Shown: positions 24,000-42,734 of the stretch, piece after piece | Layout: the number at the start of each line of letters is the position of its first letter | Numbering within the stretch: position 1 is the first letter of the stretch | Source of the DNA: Felis catus | Taxonomy: Eukaryota | Direction: 5' to 3' | Assembly (NCBI RefSeq): GCF_018350175.1 | Contig: NC_058369.1 | Coordinates: forward strand, 16,184,001-16,248,000 | DNA: 64,000 nt | Notes under the pieces: model-generated | Database searches by the model: none | What the model was told of the DNA's origin: nothing | The model's input: only the letters and a program-made list of their open reading frames with translations | Made by a program: the position numbers and the translations under genes

Positions 24000-24432
24000 A
24001 TTTTTATTTTTATTATTTCTTAAATGTTTATTTATTTTTTTTTATTTCTTTTCAACGTTTTTTATTTATTTTTGGGACAGAGAGAGACAGAGCATGAGCG
24101 GGGGAGGGGCAGAGAGAGAGGGAGACACAGAATCGGAAACAGGCTCCAGGCTCCGAGCCATCAGCCCAGAGCCTGACGCGGGGCTCGAACTCAAGGACCG
24201 CGAGATCGTGACCTGGCTGAAGTCGGACGCTTAACCGACTGCGCCACCCAGGCGCCCCAATTTAAAAAAAAATTTTTAAAAAGTGCACTAGAAAATATTT
24301 TACTAGCCTTGCTATCTTATCCTCTCTGCTTGCATATTACACTTACCGGCAGGAGCGCACAAGGAAAATGGGTATTTTTTTTAAGTGTATTTATTTATTT
24401 TGAGAGAGAGAGAGAGCGAGTGGAGGAGGAAC

Positions 24433-24469
<37 letters not shown>

Positions 24470-24595
24470 GAATCCCAGGCAGGCTCTGTGCTGCCAGCGC
24501 AGAACCCAACGCAGGGCTCAAACTCACGAAACGGCGAGATCATGACCTGAGCGGAAACCAAGAGTCGGACACTTAACCAGCTGAGCAGGCGGCCT
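24000..24595 (-). mobile_element. Two Can-SINEs (~24000-24258 young; ~24375-24595)
   Basis: Reverse-complement SINEs with (GA)n bodies. Confidence 0.9.
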
Positions 24596-24806
24596 GGAAA
24601 ATGGGTACTTTTATCTTTAAGTGTGCTTTGGGGATTTCAGTGTTCTCATTGTGAAGAGGGGGTGCTTCGAAGAGTGGCTTCCAGGCCTACCTCCCTCCCT
24701 CCCCAGGATAAGCCCCACCCCCTGCTCCATGGGGCATCCACGTGGGTACGGAGAGCCTTCCTGAAACAGCTCCATAGAGTCAACGTCGGTGACGCCACCC
24801 GGCTTC

Positions 24807-24853
<47 letters not shown>
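24807..24853. repeat. (TTTC)n microsatellite
   Basis: Directly visible. Confidence 0.95.
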
Positions 24854-24854
<1 letters not shown>

Positions 24855-25479
24855 TTGTGGGGGGAGGAGCGGGGCTTCACTTTCTGAAGATTCACAGCAA
24901 AGGATTGAGCTTTGACACTGTGACTCTGGTAAGTAAGTTACACGCACCCATGCATGCTTAATAGTGACCCAGTCGGGTTGAATGATGAGCTGACACTGTT
25001 CTCAGGCAGGGACGATTCCAGATGTTTCACCCAAGGACACAACTCAAAATGGCGTGAAGGTCCCTTTCAGCTGGGCAGCCCTTCCTGGTTTGGTGCCCTT
25101 TTCTGGAAGATACTCGCCGGTGGCCAGTTCCTGCTCTCCCAGGTTGGGGGGGGGCGGGGGGGGGGATCCAAGCAGACCTTAAAAGGCTGTCACCAAGTGC
25201 CACGTGTGGATTAGCAGCTCCAAAGGACAACACGCCTCTCTAAGTCGTCCTGTAAAGTGACCTCGAAGTGTGACTTGTCACGCCGTCCCGGGCTCTCTCA
25301 CCCTCCCAGGGGTGGAGGGCGGTTTTGCCTGCTGATGCACAGCAGGTTTGAGCTCATGGATAATCCAGAACATGTTCTGGACAATAACTCCGCTTCCAGC
25401 CAAGTCATGGTCCCTGCAGGGCCTGCCAGAGCAGAAGCTTGCTCGCCCTGGGGTGGGTAGGGGGAGCAGGCGATCGGGG

Positions 25480-25717
25480 CTATTTTTCGCCAGGAAGGAG
25501 GTCACCGTGTCCCTGGAATGAGACCTCGGTGATTCTGCTACTGATTGGGTGCACATAACCTTGAAAGGTTGAGGCCTTTCTGTAACTCCTCCGCTCGGCA
25601 TATAAAGGGTAGGGACCCTGAGGCTTCGGGACCGGGCTGTGACCTCTGTAACCCTCAGAGCTGCAATATTGGCGCTCCTTTCCACCGGATCAAGACAGGC
25701 GCAGATTCATCTCAAAG
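25480..25717 (+). promoter_or_regulatory. Candidate TATA promoter and non-coding exon 1 of FAM240A
   Basis: Inverted CCAAT near 25544, TATAAAG 25601-25607, ATG-free ~90 nt, donor AAG|GTAAAC after 25717; link to FAM240A is inferred. Confidence 0.45.
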
Positions 25718-25950
25718 GTAAACGATGTTGAACTTGATTGTGCCGGAGGCTGGATGTTCATCTTGCACTTCTCTGGGGCGAGCGAAACGGATATACCCCT
25801 TGTGAAAACCTCTTTTTCAGCCCCTGCGATGTATCTTTCCCTCCCATCCTCCTACCTTACCTCTGCTGGGGAATGACTTAGCCATCCTAATGGGGCTTTT
25901 CCATATCTAAGATATAGATTTAAATGATGCATTCAAAATGAGCTCAACCC

Positions 25951-26170
25951 GGGGCTCCTGGGTGGCTCGGTCGGTTAAGCGTCTGACTTTGGCTCAGGTC
26001 ATGATCTCACACTCCGTGAGTTCGAGCCCCGCATCGGGCTGCGGGCTCTGTGCTGACAGCTCGGAGCCTGAAGCCTGCTCCGGATTCTGTGTCTCCCCCT
26101 GTCTCTGCCCCTCCCCTGCTCATGCTCTGTCTCTCTCTGTCTCAAAAATAAATAAAAACATTTAAAAAAA
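25951..26170 (+). mobile_element. Can-SINE
   Basis: TSD-like aaaatgagct flanks. Confidence 0.9.
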
Positions 26171-26654
26171 TGAGCTAAACTCTATGAGAAAGCCAGAAAT
26201 CAGTACCAGTGTTGTGTTCACTTAACATGGCTCTGACAAGACGCAACACTAGAAAGAAAACAGTGCCTGTTGAGGAAGAGATGTGGAAACCTCCAGAACC
26301 AATATCCTCGAGGAATATTTAAACAGAGATGCTCAGCCACAGGGGGATTCTCAGAAGGCTGATGCTTAAAAGCACGGACTAAATCTGGGGCTTTGTAATT
26401 CTGAGGCAGAGCTTCCGAAACTTTAACATGCACGTGAATCATCTGGGGATTAGGTTAATAATGCAGTTTTTGATTCAAACCTTGGCCTTGATGAATTCTG
26501 CACTTGCAGCAACTTCTAGGTGATGCCCGTGCTGCCGACTCATGGGACAATTGAGTTATCAGGGTTCGGTGGTGTTTCCGGGACAGTAAATGATCTTAAA
26601 CAATCAATGGCTGAATCTTATCAAATCAGCAAAAAGTCAGGATACATTAAAAAA

Positions 26655-28112
26655 AATTTTTTTTACTGTTTATTTTTGAGAGAGAGAGAGAGAGAGAGAG
26701 AGCATGAGCAGGGGAGGGGCAGAGAGAGAGGGAGACCCAGAATCCGAAGCAGGCTCCAGGCTCCGAGCTGTCAGCACAGAGCCCGATGCGGGACTTGAAC
26801 TCATGGAACCGTGAGATCATGACCTGAGCCGAAATCGAAGAGTCGGACGCTTAACCGACTGAGCCACCCGGGGGGGCCTCCCCCCCCCAGGTGTTTGCCA
26901 GTTTTGACCCGTTCGCTCACTGAAGGACTGTTAAGTTGTTTCCACTTTGTGGCGGTTATGAAGGGAACTGTGCACAGGCGTATAGGCTGTTGCTAGAACA
27001 TAAGCTTGCATTTCTCTAGGCTCAATACCCGGGAGTGGTGTTGCGGTCTTCGTTTTGCTTTGTAAGAAATAATTCTTGTAAGAATGATTCTTGTACCACG
27101 TACAGAATCATTGTACGCCGCCCAGCAGCGGCGTCTGAGCCTTCCAATCGCTTCACACCCATCCTGTCTCGCAATCCATGTTGTCAATGAATCTTATTTC
27201 GGCCAGTCTTGGGGTGGGGGAGGGGGGCAGTGGTATCTCCGCCTGGTTTGAACTGGCATTTCCCCAGTGGCTAATGATGTTCAACGTCTTCCACTGGACT
27301 TACTCGATATATTTGCATCCTCTTTGATGAAGCGTCTGTTAAAGTGCGCTGCCCATCTGTTAATGGGTCGTTTGCTTTCCTCGTGTTGAATTTTGAGAGT
27401 TCTTTATATATTCTGGATACAAACCCTTTGTCGTCTCTGTGATTTGTGCATATATATGTATTTTTCAATTTGTACCTTGTGCTTCATTCCCTTCACTGCC
27501 TTTTGCTGGACAAAGTTTTTAAATTTTGATGAACCCCAGGGTGGCGATTTTTCCTTTCTGGATTAGGCTCCTTTTGGTGTCACACTTAAAAACTCTGCCT
27601 AACCCCCGGGGCTCCTGGGTGGCTCAGTCAGTTAAGCCTCTGACTTGGGCTCGGGTCATGATCTCTTGGTTTACGGGTTCCAGCCCTGTATCGGGCTCTG
27701 TGCTGACATCTCAGAGCCTGGAGCCTGTTTAGGATTCTGTGTCTCCCTCTCTCTCTGCCCCTCCCCCTTCACGCTCTGTCTCTCTCTCCTTCAAAAATAA
27801 ACATCAAAAAACATTTTTTTAAACTCTGCCTAACCCCAAGCCCCAAAAACTTCTCTTATGTTTTCTGCTAAAAGTTTTAGAGTTTTATATTTTATATTAG
27901 ACCTATGATCCATTAAAAAAAATTTTTTTAATGTTTATTTATTTTTGAGACACACACACACACACATACACAACGCGAGCAGGGGAGAGGCGGGGGCGGG
28001 GGTGGGGGGGGACACAGAATCCAAAGAAGGCTCTGAGCTGTCAACATTTCGTTCATCAGCACTTTGTAGTTGCTAGCAAATGTACTTTGTACTTTTTTTT
28101 TTTTTTTTTTTT

Positions 28113-28154
<42 letters not shown>

Positions 28155-28620
28155 ATGAACGGGGGAGGGGCAGAGAGAGAGGGAGACACAGAATCGGAAA
28201 CAGGCCCCAGGCTCTGAGCCATCAGCCCAGAGCCTGACGCGGGGCTCGAACTCACGGACCGCGAGATCGTGACCTGGCTGAAGTCGGACGCTTAACCGAC
28301 TGCGCCACCCAGGCGCCCCTGTACGTGTTTTGTTAGATGTGCCCCTAAGTATTTCATTTCGGGGAGTTACTCTGAATGGTGTTGTGTTTTGAGTTCCGGT
28401 GTCCAGCTGTCCGTTGCTGACGTGTATTAATTTTTGTGCCGCCATCTCCTGTCTTGCACCCTTGCTAGGAATTAGTTCTAGGAATTTTTTTTTCCTGGTT
28501 TGTGTCATGTGCACCAGAAAAGAATCTGTGTTCTGCCACCCTGGGGTGGAGAGATCTATAAATTACACTTAGACCTAGCTGGCTGGTGATGCTGTTCGAT
28601 TTTTCCAGATCTGTGCATGA
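26655..28620 (-). mobile_element. Old L1 fragments on - with nested or adjacent SINEs (26655-26872 -, 27607-27820 +, 27920-28045 -, 28093-28319 -)
   Basis: L1 ORF2-like remnant DKGFVSRIYKELSKFN on -; SINE at 27607 has TSD aaactctgcctaacccc. Confidence 0.8.
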
Positions 28621-29489
28621 TTTTCTCTCCGCTACTTCCCTGTTTCGGTGAGATTCGTGCGCGGGCAGCCCAGAGGCCAGCTTAGGCGTCTGTAAGTAAC
28701 TCTGAAGTAACTTGTGAGTCCATCCACTTCCATGGTATCCCCGGTCATTTCCAGTTCCCTGGACTCCCCTTTTCAGTCCTTTGGCCCGAAACCTAGGCTT
28801 TAGTTACCTGGCCTGCTGAGTGCTTCTGGTGCTGCACTTCTATCTGGGGTCAAGTGCAGAGGGGGCCAAGAGAAGAGGTGCAGGGGTGGCTCCACCAAGA
28901 GGACCACAGCCCCTCCTGGCGGACCAAGTTGTGCCGCCCTCCGGGTTTTGTCTTGATATTGCCAGTGGTCCATTCCACCGCCACACCTCCCACGCCTCGG
29001 AACCTCCTGGAGACCAAGAGACTAGAGACAGGAAAAGCACGTAATTTCCCTCCTTCCCTGAGCATTACGAGTGTCCTTTCTCCCTAAAATCAGGGGATGG
29101 GGAGCTCTCTCTGGCTGTGTTCCTGCCTGGATCCCCCAGTAAAAACTTGGTGCCATTCAACCGTAATAGGAATTCTGGTTTTCTCCGACCCACCTGCTAC
29201 CGTTGCCTCTCTAGCGTCTTCCATCAGCTGCCCTGTGTCTTCATCTACTGTCCCTGGAGAGACGGGGGTAGCGCGCTTCCTCCATTAATCTGGGGCCAGA
29301 GCCCTCCGTTCCACTTCAAGCCATGACCTCCACGAAGCTTGTTGAAACGAGGTGGAAAATTGTCACAAAATGGCCGCTCTTATCAGGTGTCGGCAGCGTA
29401 AGAAGTAGCTTGGTGGCACGTATGGTCCGCCATGTGCAATGAGCCGCTCTCGCCAGGAGTCCTGAGAATGACCAGCATAAGCCAAAGTT

Positions 29490-30365
29490 CTTTTTTTTTT
29501 TTATTAAAAAAAAATTTTTTTTTCAACATTTTTATTTATTTTTGGGGGACAGAGAGAGACAGAGCATGAACGGGGGAGGGGCAGCGAGAGAGGGAGACAC
29601 AGAATCGGAAGCAGGCTCCAGGCTCTGAGCCGTCAGCCCAGAGCCCGACGCGGGGCTCGAACTCACAGACCGCGAGATCGTGACCTGGCTGAAGTCGGAC
29701 GCTTAACCGACTCCACCACCCAGGCGCCCCTAAGCCAAAATTCTTAATAAAAAAAAAAAAAAGACTCACATTCGTCAATTTAGGTTTAATCCTCCCAGGA
29801 ACCTGAGGCCTGGGATAGTAAACGGTTTGCACGGGGTCAGGGCTCACAGGGGACAAGTGCGCCTTTGTTTTGGGTGACTCTCTAACACCAGCTGGCCTTC
29901 CGTGCAGCACAGAAGCCTCACCGACGTAGAAGTTCCGTACAATTCGTGGAACCGAGGTGCTGTGAAGGGGTTACGTGCCGTCATTCGCCTTGAGCACGAG
30001 TTGATTTTGTGACGTAAAGTTCGCCATTGGCCCTGAAGTTACGGCTTTTCCGAGCTGGTGACGATCGGCTGGGAATAATGTGACCAATTCTCTCAGTGGG
30101 AGTGCACCGGTGACGGTATTCTTGGTGGAGGAGATGGAGAGAACAGAGCCATTTCTTTCTTTTTTTTTTTTAAGGTTATTCATGTTTGTGAGAGGGTAAG
30201 CGGGGGAGGGGCAGAGAGAGAGAGAGGGAGAGAGAGAATCCCAAGCAGGCTCCGTACTGTCAATGCCGAGCCCGACACGGGGCTCGATCCCACAAACCGA
30301 GGGATCATGACCTGAGCCGAAAGCAAGAGTCAGAGGCTTAACCCACTGAGCCCCTCAGGCATCCT
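29490..30365 (-). mobile_element. Two Can-SINEs (29490-29730; 30160-30365) separated by unique sequence
   Basis: Reverse-complement SINEs; the first has TSD taagccaaa. Confidence 0.88.
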
Positions 30366-32458
30366 GAGCCGTTTCTTTATCAAGGACAATGCCCTCTGTT
30401 TCCAAAGGGTTTTCCAGCTATTCATATTTTCCTTGCCTCGTTTCCTCGAGGTACAGGAGCTGTCTCCATTTTGGAAGCCGGGAAACGGAAACACACACAC
30501 GCTCACAGGAACACGTGTTACCCGTGGAGCAAGGGGCTAACCCCCCAACACTGACATGCTGCCAGAGTCTCCCGAGAGGTTAGAACCAGGGGACTTGGAT
30601 GCATCTCGAGTCCAAAGGCAGAAGACATTTCTTCTCGGCTTCTACTGAGGCATCACCTATGTGAATAAAACGCACCCGGTTCAAGTGTACGATTTGATAA
30701 GTTTTGGCAAACCATCTCTAGAAATAAGATACAGAACATTTCCAGAACCCTAGAAAGTCCCTCATGCCCCTTTGCAGTAAGTCCCCTCCCCTGCCCCCCC
30801 CCAGGCCACGCCCCTCCGTCTCAGTCGGCTCTGCTTCTGGGGGCTCTCATCACCGGCCTCCGCAGGGCCTCCTCCCCGCACCCTGGGTGCTCCCACTCAC
30901 TCATCCTGCAGGCCCTTGAACCCCTCAGACCGGGTCACGTGACTCTTCCTGTGCCCCACCCCACCCCCATTTCAGCTCCCGTCACAGCTCACCCCCTGTT
31001 ACACCTGAAGTCCCCTGAGGGGACCCTGAATCATCCTAGTATCACCAGTCCCTGGGGTTGGGGGGTTAGGAGTCCCAGATGTCTTTAACTCCCTCTCTCC
31101 TCTCGTACTTGTGTGTTTTCCTAAAAGTTGTCATTAATTTTGCTTCCTTGATCTTACACAACTGGTTAACGGCAGCCGCCACCGTGCTGGTCGTATCGGG
31201 GACGATGGCTGAAAGTTAGGAAGAGGACGAGGTAGCTCGTCCAACAGCAAGATGCATTTTTTCTTAGAGAGCCTGCTCCTTTGCACCATAGTGGCGCCGG
31301 CGTTTTCCAGCAAAACAGCTGGTTAGGTTGTAAAGTAACACGGTGGAGACAGAAGTGGAGACAGACGCCAGCGTTCACCCCAGAAGGGACTCGGTTCTCC
31401 CTCGGGAACACACGATCGGATCTTCCTTCTTACACACGTGGGCACCCCCCCGATGAGTGGGCGTGGTGAGGCTCATCTCCGGTGTATCAGAGGTGAAAGG
31501 ACATAAGAATGACACCAGTCACAAGCTTTTACCAAATGCTCCTCTGAGCGTGACCCTAGATGGGACGTTGTCTAATCTAAAAACCTGAGAAGCTTCTGCC
31601 TTGTCCTCTAAGCGTCCCTGAATAGGAGCCCCACAGACCAGGAACAAAGCCAAATGAATCCTATCCACATAGTCCAGAAGCCAAACATTCGATATTATGT
31701 ACATGTAAGGAAAAGTGACACTTAGGGTTTTCGATTATGCTCTACTCACCATGGCTAATGACGTCACTGTGCCCGGCAACAGCCTGAGAAAATCAAAGGG
31801 CCACCTAGAAGGATGCTGTACGTGTGTGTGAGGCATTTGCAGGAGCGTGATCTGATTGAACCTTCATAAAAATCCCATTTCACAGATGACAACACGGAGG
31901 TGCAGGACGCATAAAGGAAACCCCGAAGCTCTGAGGGGACCGCTGCAGGGTGCCCGTCCTCCTCTCTCTTACCCTCCCGCCTGCTGGGTCGGGAGTCCGT
32001 GCCCCGGGAGTGAGCAGGGAACACCGTGCGTTAAGCGGGCAGAGCAGGTACACCCGGACACCCGCTGCAGGCGAGAGGAGATTTCACGAATATCCGACGC
32101 CGGGAGCTGCGGGGACAGGATGACAGAAGAGCAGCAGACCAGGGCAGCCCTTTGCAGCCCAGGCACAGGGTGTGGCTCGGGGAAGGGAGAGGCCGGAGGG
32201 GCACCCTGAGTCCCTCTGTAACAAAAGAAGAGAGCTAGAGCGCGCAGGGCGCGCTGAGGAGGGCTGGGGAGCGGAGGTGGGCGTTTGCAGACGGTTTGGG
32301 AGGCCAGCCCTGGAGCACAGCGCCGCTCAAAGCGGGGTGTAGGGTATTACGTTTATGGCTGCAAACAGGCCCAGTGGGGCCCAGACCCTCTTTTTCCTGC
32401 GGCCAGCAGGGTCCAGGAAGAAGTGTTTTGATAAAAAATTCAAAAAAATTTTCAAAAG

Positions 32459-33175
32459 GCGGCGCCTGGGTGGCTCAGCGGGTTAAGCGTCCGACTCTGG
32501 GTTTCCGCCCAGGTCATGATCTCGTGGGTTGTGAGTTCGAGCCCTGCATCGGGCTCAGCGCTGACAGTGGGGAGCCTGCTGGGAATTCTCCCTCTCCCTC
32601 TCTTTCTGCCCCTCTCCCACTGGCTTTCTCTGTCTCTCTCAAAATAAATAAATAAACTTTTAAAAAACACGTTTTGAGGGGCGACTGGGTGGCTCAGTCG
32701 GTTAAGCGTCCGACTTTGGCTCGGGTCACGATCTCACAGTGCGTGGGTTTGAGCCCCGCGTCGGGCTCTGTGCTGACAGCTCAGAGCCTGGAGCCTGCTT
32801 CCGATTCTGTGCCTCCCTCTCTCTCTCTCTGCCCCTCCCCTGTTCACGCTCTGTCTGTCTCTCTCAAAAATAAATAATCACTGAAGAAAAAAAAAGAGAG
32901 AGAAAGAAATGGAAGCCTGAGGCTGGACGCAGACTGTGCACACAGAAGGGACACTTCACAACTGCTCGCCAGGCCGCACTCGCTGTGTTTGGGTCTGGAG
33001 GCTGCCCAGACGCAGAGAGGCAGAGAGACAGGGAAACCCAGAATGGAAGCAGGCTCCAGGCTCTGAGCTGTCAGCACAGAGCCCGACGCGGGGCTCAAAC
33101 TCATGAACCTTGAGATCAGGACCTGAGCGGAAGTCAGACACTTCACCGCTAATCGACTGAACCACCGGGCGCCCC
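32459..33175. mobile_element. SINE cluster: 32459-32665 +, 32678-32876 +, 33010-33175 -
   Basis: Three SINE heads within 720 bp. Confidence 0.88.
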
Positions 33176-34001
33176 GAGAGCCTTCCCATTTTCTTAAACA
33201 TTAAAAAAAAAAAAACCAACTTCAGAGTAAAAATGAATCCTCCAAATTCTGTGGGAAAAAAACTCTAATGAGCATTTACTCCCCCAAACTGACTCTCCCC
33301 TGCACGCCAGAAACTTCACATGAACTCCTAATTCTCAGGATCAGCGGGTTCTTTCCTTTGCCCTCCCTGAGAAACATGTTCTGCAGCCACATTCGCTGGC
33401 CAGGTCCACCAGGGCCAGTGGGCAGGCAAGGTGACGTGACAGTGTCCCTCTTACTGTCCCTGCAGACTTCCCCTGGATGCCCCAAGCACTGCAGAGGAAT
33501 CACTAAAGATAACTGGGTGGGGGGTGGGGGATTTTGTCAATTCAACAAGTATTTATTGAGCACGGCTATGTGCTCAAGACATTGAGATAAAACAGGAAAG
33601 ATCCGTTTCTGAAAAATTCTGCTCTGAGGCAGGGGGCTCACTGCAGTCAGTGAGCCCTCTGCTATACTTCCAGGAAAGTACGAGATCACTGAGCACTTCC
33701 AGAGAGTAAGAGAGTCACATTCCTCCTCCATGGCCAACAGCTAGGGGCAGTGGATGGAGCCTGGGCCCTGAGTAGGACACCTGCCCCACTCACCATCTGA
33801 ATGACTTTGATGAAGTCAGATGGCTACCTCTGAACCTCAGTTTTCTTACCTGCAAGATAGGAAAATAGTGCCTACTTTGCAAGATGGCTATGACTGTTAC
33901 ACTCCTTAGGCCTCTATGCCCAGCCCTCGTCACCTCGGCTTCCTTGGACCCAGCGCCGGACAGAGATGTGACCACAGCACGAGAGGACAAGATTCAAGAT
34001 G

Positions 34002-34168
34002 GCAGTTCTCACCTTGGCTGCACCCTGGAATCACAGGGCGGGAGCTTGAAAAATCCCTGATGCCCAGGCCACACCACGGGCCGCTGAAATCGGACGCCCT
34101 GGGGATAAAGCCCTGGCGTCAGGTCTTTGTAAAGCTCCCCAAGAGATTCCAACGGGCAGCCAAGGTCA
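34002..34168. mobile_element. MER5-like hAT DNA transposon remnant
   Basis: cagttctcaccttggctgcaccctggaatcac...aagctcccc...cagccaaggt resembles recalled MER5 consensus. Confidence 0.6.
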
Positions 34169-34374
34169 ATAGCCGCTGATCCAGAAGGAAAGAGAAGTGG
34201 AATTCTTTCTTTTCTATAGAGAGTTGGAGGAGTTATTATTGCTCTCTGTTAATTATAGTATCGTGCCCTGTGCAATCTAAGGTTGACGAACTATAAACGT
34301 TGTCTTTATTCAGAAATGTATACAGTGCTAAAGTTTCACATCCACGATTACATTGTGATCTTCAGAGAAATATT

Positions 34375-34579
34375 ATTTTATTTTTTAATGTTTATTTTTG
34401 AGAGAGAGAGAGAGAGCACACGAGCGGGAGAGGGGTAGAGAGAGAGAGAGAGACAATGAATTAGAGGCAGGCTCCACCCTGTCAACGCAAAGCCCGATGT
34501 GGGGCTCGAACCCACAAACTGCAAGATCACGACCTGAGCCGAAGTCGGATGCTCATCCGACTGAGCCGCTCAGGCGCCC
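34375..34579 (-). mobile_element. Can-SINE
   Basis: Reverse-complement SINE. Confidence 0.85.
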
Positions 34580-35689
34580 ACTGATCTTCAGGGAAATTTT
34601 AAAGGTGAAGAGACTGAGGCCCAGAGAAATTTATTGACAAGCAGAAGGTGTGAACACAGGTCCACGGTCGATGTCTGGGTTCGGACCCTCTCTCCTCTCC
34701 CGGCCCACCACCCCAGTCCGTCTCTGCGAGAGAGCTATGGTCCAGACCAGCAGGCTGAGCTCCGGACCCTAGGTCCAGATGCCCGTCTCCCTCTTCCCCT
34801 GGGTGGTAGCACCCAGGCATCTCAGATTCTGCCCGGCATGGCTCAAGGCCCCTCCCCGCGAGCACCCCTCCTCTGCTGCTTCCCATCTTTGCACAGGCGT
34901 CAGAGTCTCCACCGACAGCCCCTCACCTGCATTTGGCAGGTGGAGTTGGCCATCCCCCAAGATGCCTTGTGAACCCGTCCATTTTCCATTAACCTGGCCT
35001 CCACCGCACGGTCATTGCGTCTCTCCGGATGTTTCCAGTAGCCCGCTGCTCCTCACCCTGCACCCCTCTCCCCTCCGGTCCCTGCTTCTGACCTGTCCCC
35101 CGGACCCAGTGAGGTCTGGGAGTGGGTCAGAGTTTCTTCGTGTAAAACAGCGATCGTTCTTGAGTGTCTGACCTGGAGCGTTCCACACCCAAGTGCGTGC
35201 ACCCACCCTCCCCCCACACACACACCTCAAAGCTGCTGGCTCCACGTGTATCAGACACTGGGACCGTCACGTGTGACAAACCCCTTTAGTAAAGGGCTTG
35301 AAGACACGCAGAAGTATGCAGCCTGCCTTCTGTTAGTTACAGTCATGGGGCCACAGGCAAGTTCTGTAACTGGTCACACGTCTCCCCCACAAAATGAGGA
35401 GGGTAACGCCCACTCACGGGGGCGCTGCGGGCATCGATAACGAACTAGACCGTGCATCCAAGCCTGGCACGCGTCACCTGCTGATGCAGAGTTGAGAAGG
35501 CCCACTCTTCCGGAAGGAGGACGGAAGGGCAGAGGTCTCTGCCAGGCCTCGCTCCGCGGGGGGACTTCCGCATTCACACCACTGTATCCCGAGGACAAGC
35601 CGTGTGGCCAACCCCACCCCCCACCCCCGTGAGGTTCTGCCGCTGGCCAGGACCCCCTCAGATAAGTGGCAGGGGCTGGATTCAAATAG

Positions 35690-40584
<4,895 letters not shown>

Positions 40585-41120
40585 GGTCACTGCGCCGGGA
40601 GGAGTCCATGCAAATGCCCGAGTCCCTGAGCTATGCCACACAGATGTCACACTGCCCCCGACCCGTGACGGATCTACCCGCGCGTCCTCCCGGGTGCCAA
40701 CTGGGAATTATCAGCCACGTCGGTCCCCTCCACGTGGGGGCCGGCATATTATGCCAAGTGTCCCTAAAGATGAGGTTATTTAATACCAGAGTTCCATGCA
40801 GCATGCTTCATTTCCGTATCGTTACCTTCCGATTTTGACGTCTACGTATTTTAAATTCTAAGCCCACGCGGGGTGCTGATCTTCCTGGTCACACTTTATA
40901 AACATCGCCCAGCAGTGCTGTTCCACATCTCTCCCAGAAACAGTTTCATGTGATCCTTCCCCTTGTTTTCCTTTTATGAGACACGTACCCATCTGCAAGA
41001 AAAGCAGTATTGTGAATAGCCGTAAAGATAAGGTTTGCCCAGAGATTGATCTGAGGCTATTTCCCCCGCATGTGAATTTAATTGGCCTCCTGAACCGTTC
41101 GATCAGATCAGGATAACTGT

Positions 41121-41126
41121 AATAAA
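41121..41126 (+). terminator. FAM240A: Probable FAM240A polyadenylation signal
   Basis: First AATAAA found after stop 40584, followed by GT/T-rich sequence. Confidence 0.65.
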
Positions 41127-41736
41127 ACTTGGTTGCCCGGCCACCATGGATGTGCACGCCCTGTGTTTCATTGCCTTATTTTATTTATTATCATCTTTTG
41201 ATATTTCGTTAAGTGATCTCTACACCCAACGTGGGCCACAAACTCACAACCCTAAGATCAAGAGTCACGCACTCTTCCAACTGAGCCAGCCGGACGCCCC
41301 TCGTGGCTTTGCTTTACGACCCACACGCTGGCACTGGTTAGCTCTCTGGCTGAGGTATATCTGGCCACCCGACAAAGTGTTCGCTGTATACATTCCGGAC
41401 TTTGAAATGGCACAGTCACTCCCCGGCAGAATCTCAGGTCTCCGGTATCGCGTTGCTGCTTCCAGAAGCGCAGACTGAAACTGGGCCTTGGCAACAGTTT
41501 CCGGCCAGCGCAAGGGCTCCGAGAGACCATGTTGTAAAGTATCTGAAAGCTGGAGGCACAGTGTTGCTGTGCCACACCGAGGGCAAGGTAGGGACAATTC
41601 TGAACAGAGCAGATATGGTGCTTCTGTCCTCTAAGGGCCCTCATGTGCCAGAGAGTGCTTCCATCCACACCCCCAGGGAGCCCAGAAGGCTCATCCTGGC
41701 GATGGGAGCCACCTGAAGTTAAGAAGTGCTGGGAGA

Positions 41737-42194
41737 GGGGCGCCTGGGTGGCGCAGTCGGTTAAGCATCCGACTTCAGCCAGGTCACGATCTCGCGGTCT
41801 GTGAGTTCGAGCCCCGCGTCGGGCTCTGGGCTGATGGCTCGGAGCCTGGAGCCTGTTTCCGATTCTGTGTCTCCCTCTCTCTCTGCCCTTCCCCCGTTCA
41901 TGCTCTGTCTCTCTCTGTCCCAAAAATAAATAAACGTTGAAAAAAACATTAAAAAAAAAAAAAAAAGAAGTGCTGGGAGAGGGGCGCCTCGGTTAAGCCT
42001 CCGACTTCAACTCAGGTCATGATCTCACGGTCCGTGAGCTCGAGCCCCGCGTCGGGCTCTGGGCTGACGGCTCGGAGCCTGGAGCCTGCTTCGGGTTCTG
42101 TGTCTCCCTCTCTCTCTGACCCTCCCCCGTTCATGCTCTGTCTCTCTCTGTCTCAAAAATAAATAAACGTTAAAAAAAAATTTTTTTTTTTTAA
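41737..42194 (+). mobile_element. Tandem Can-SINEs (41737-41964; 41981-42194)
   Basis: Three copies of TSD aagaagtgctggg(a/g)ga. Confidence 0.93.
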
Positions 42195-42734
42195 AAGAAG
42201 TGCTGGGGGAACATTTGCCCAGGTCCCTTACCCACATGATCCAGAAAACAGGGCTCAGAGCCCTTCCTCCCTCTACGGTGTCTCATTCAACACGGGATTC
42301 AATTCAACAAATAAACTACGAATTCCAGCTGGGTTCATGTGAGAACACGGTGATGAAAGAGGAATTTTCGCGGGGTAGGAGGAAAACAGGAATTACACAG
42401 AGGGAGAAAGAGAAGTCAGGGCTCGAAGGCGAGAGGCTCTGGGAGCAAAGCCTCGTCTTCATGAACTGCAGTGGGGCTAAATGCAGGGGAGTGAGGCAGG
42501 AAATACAGGTGAAGGTTCTTTCCATGACTCCTCTCCCACGCGTCAGGCACTGTGCTGGACAACCAGCACACCGCAGAGAAACCCAGAAGCGCTGGCCCCG
42601 GAGGCTACAGGCTGAGCAAGATGGCAGAAAAGTCAAGGCCATGGAGTGCAGGGGACTTTGGCACTGAGAGCCACAGCAGGCAAAGGTGCCCACTCTCTAG
42701 GTGACCCGTTCTTCTGGTGTAGGGAGGACCTCTT

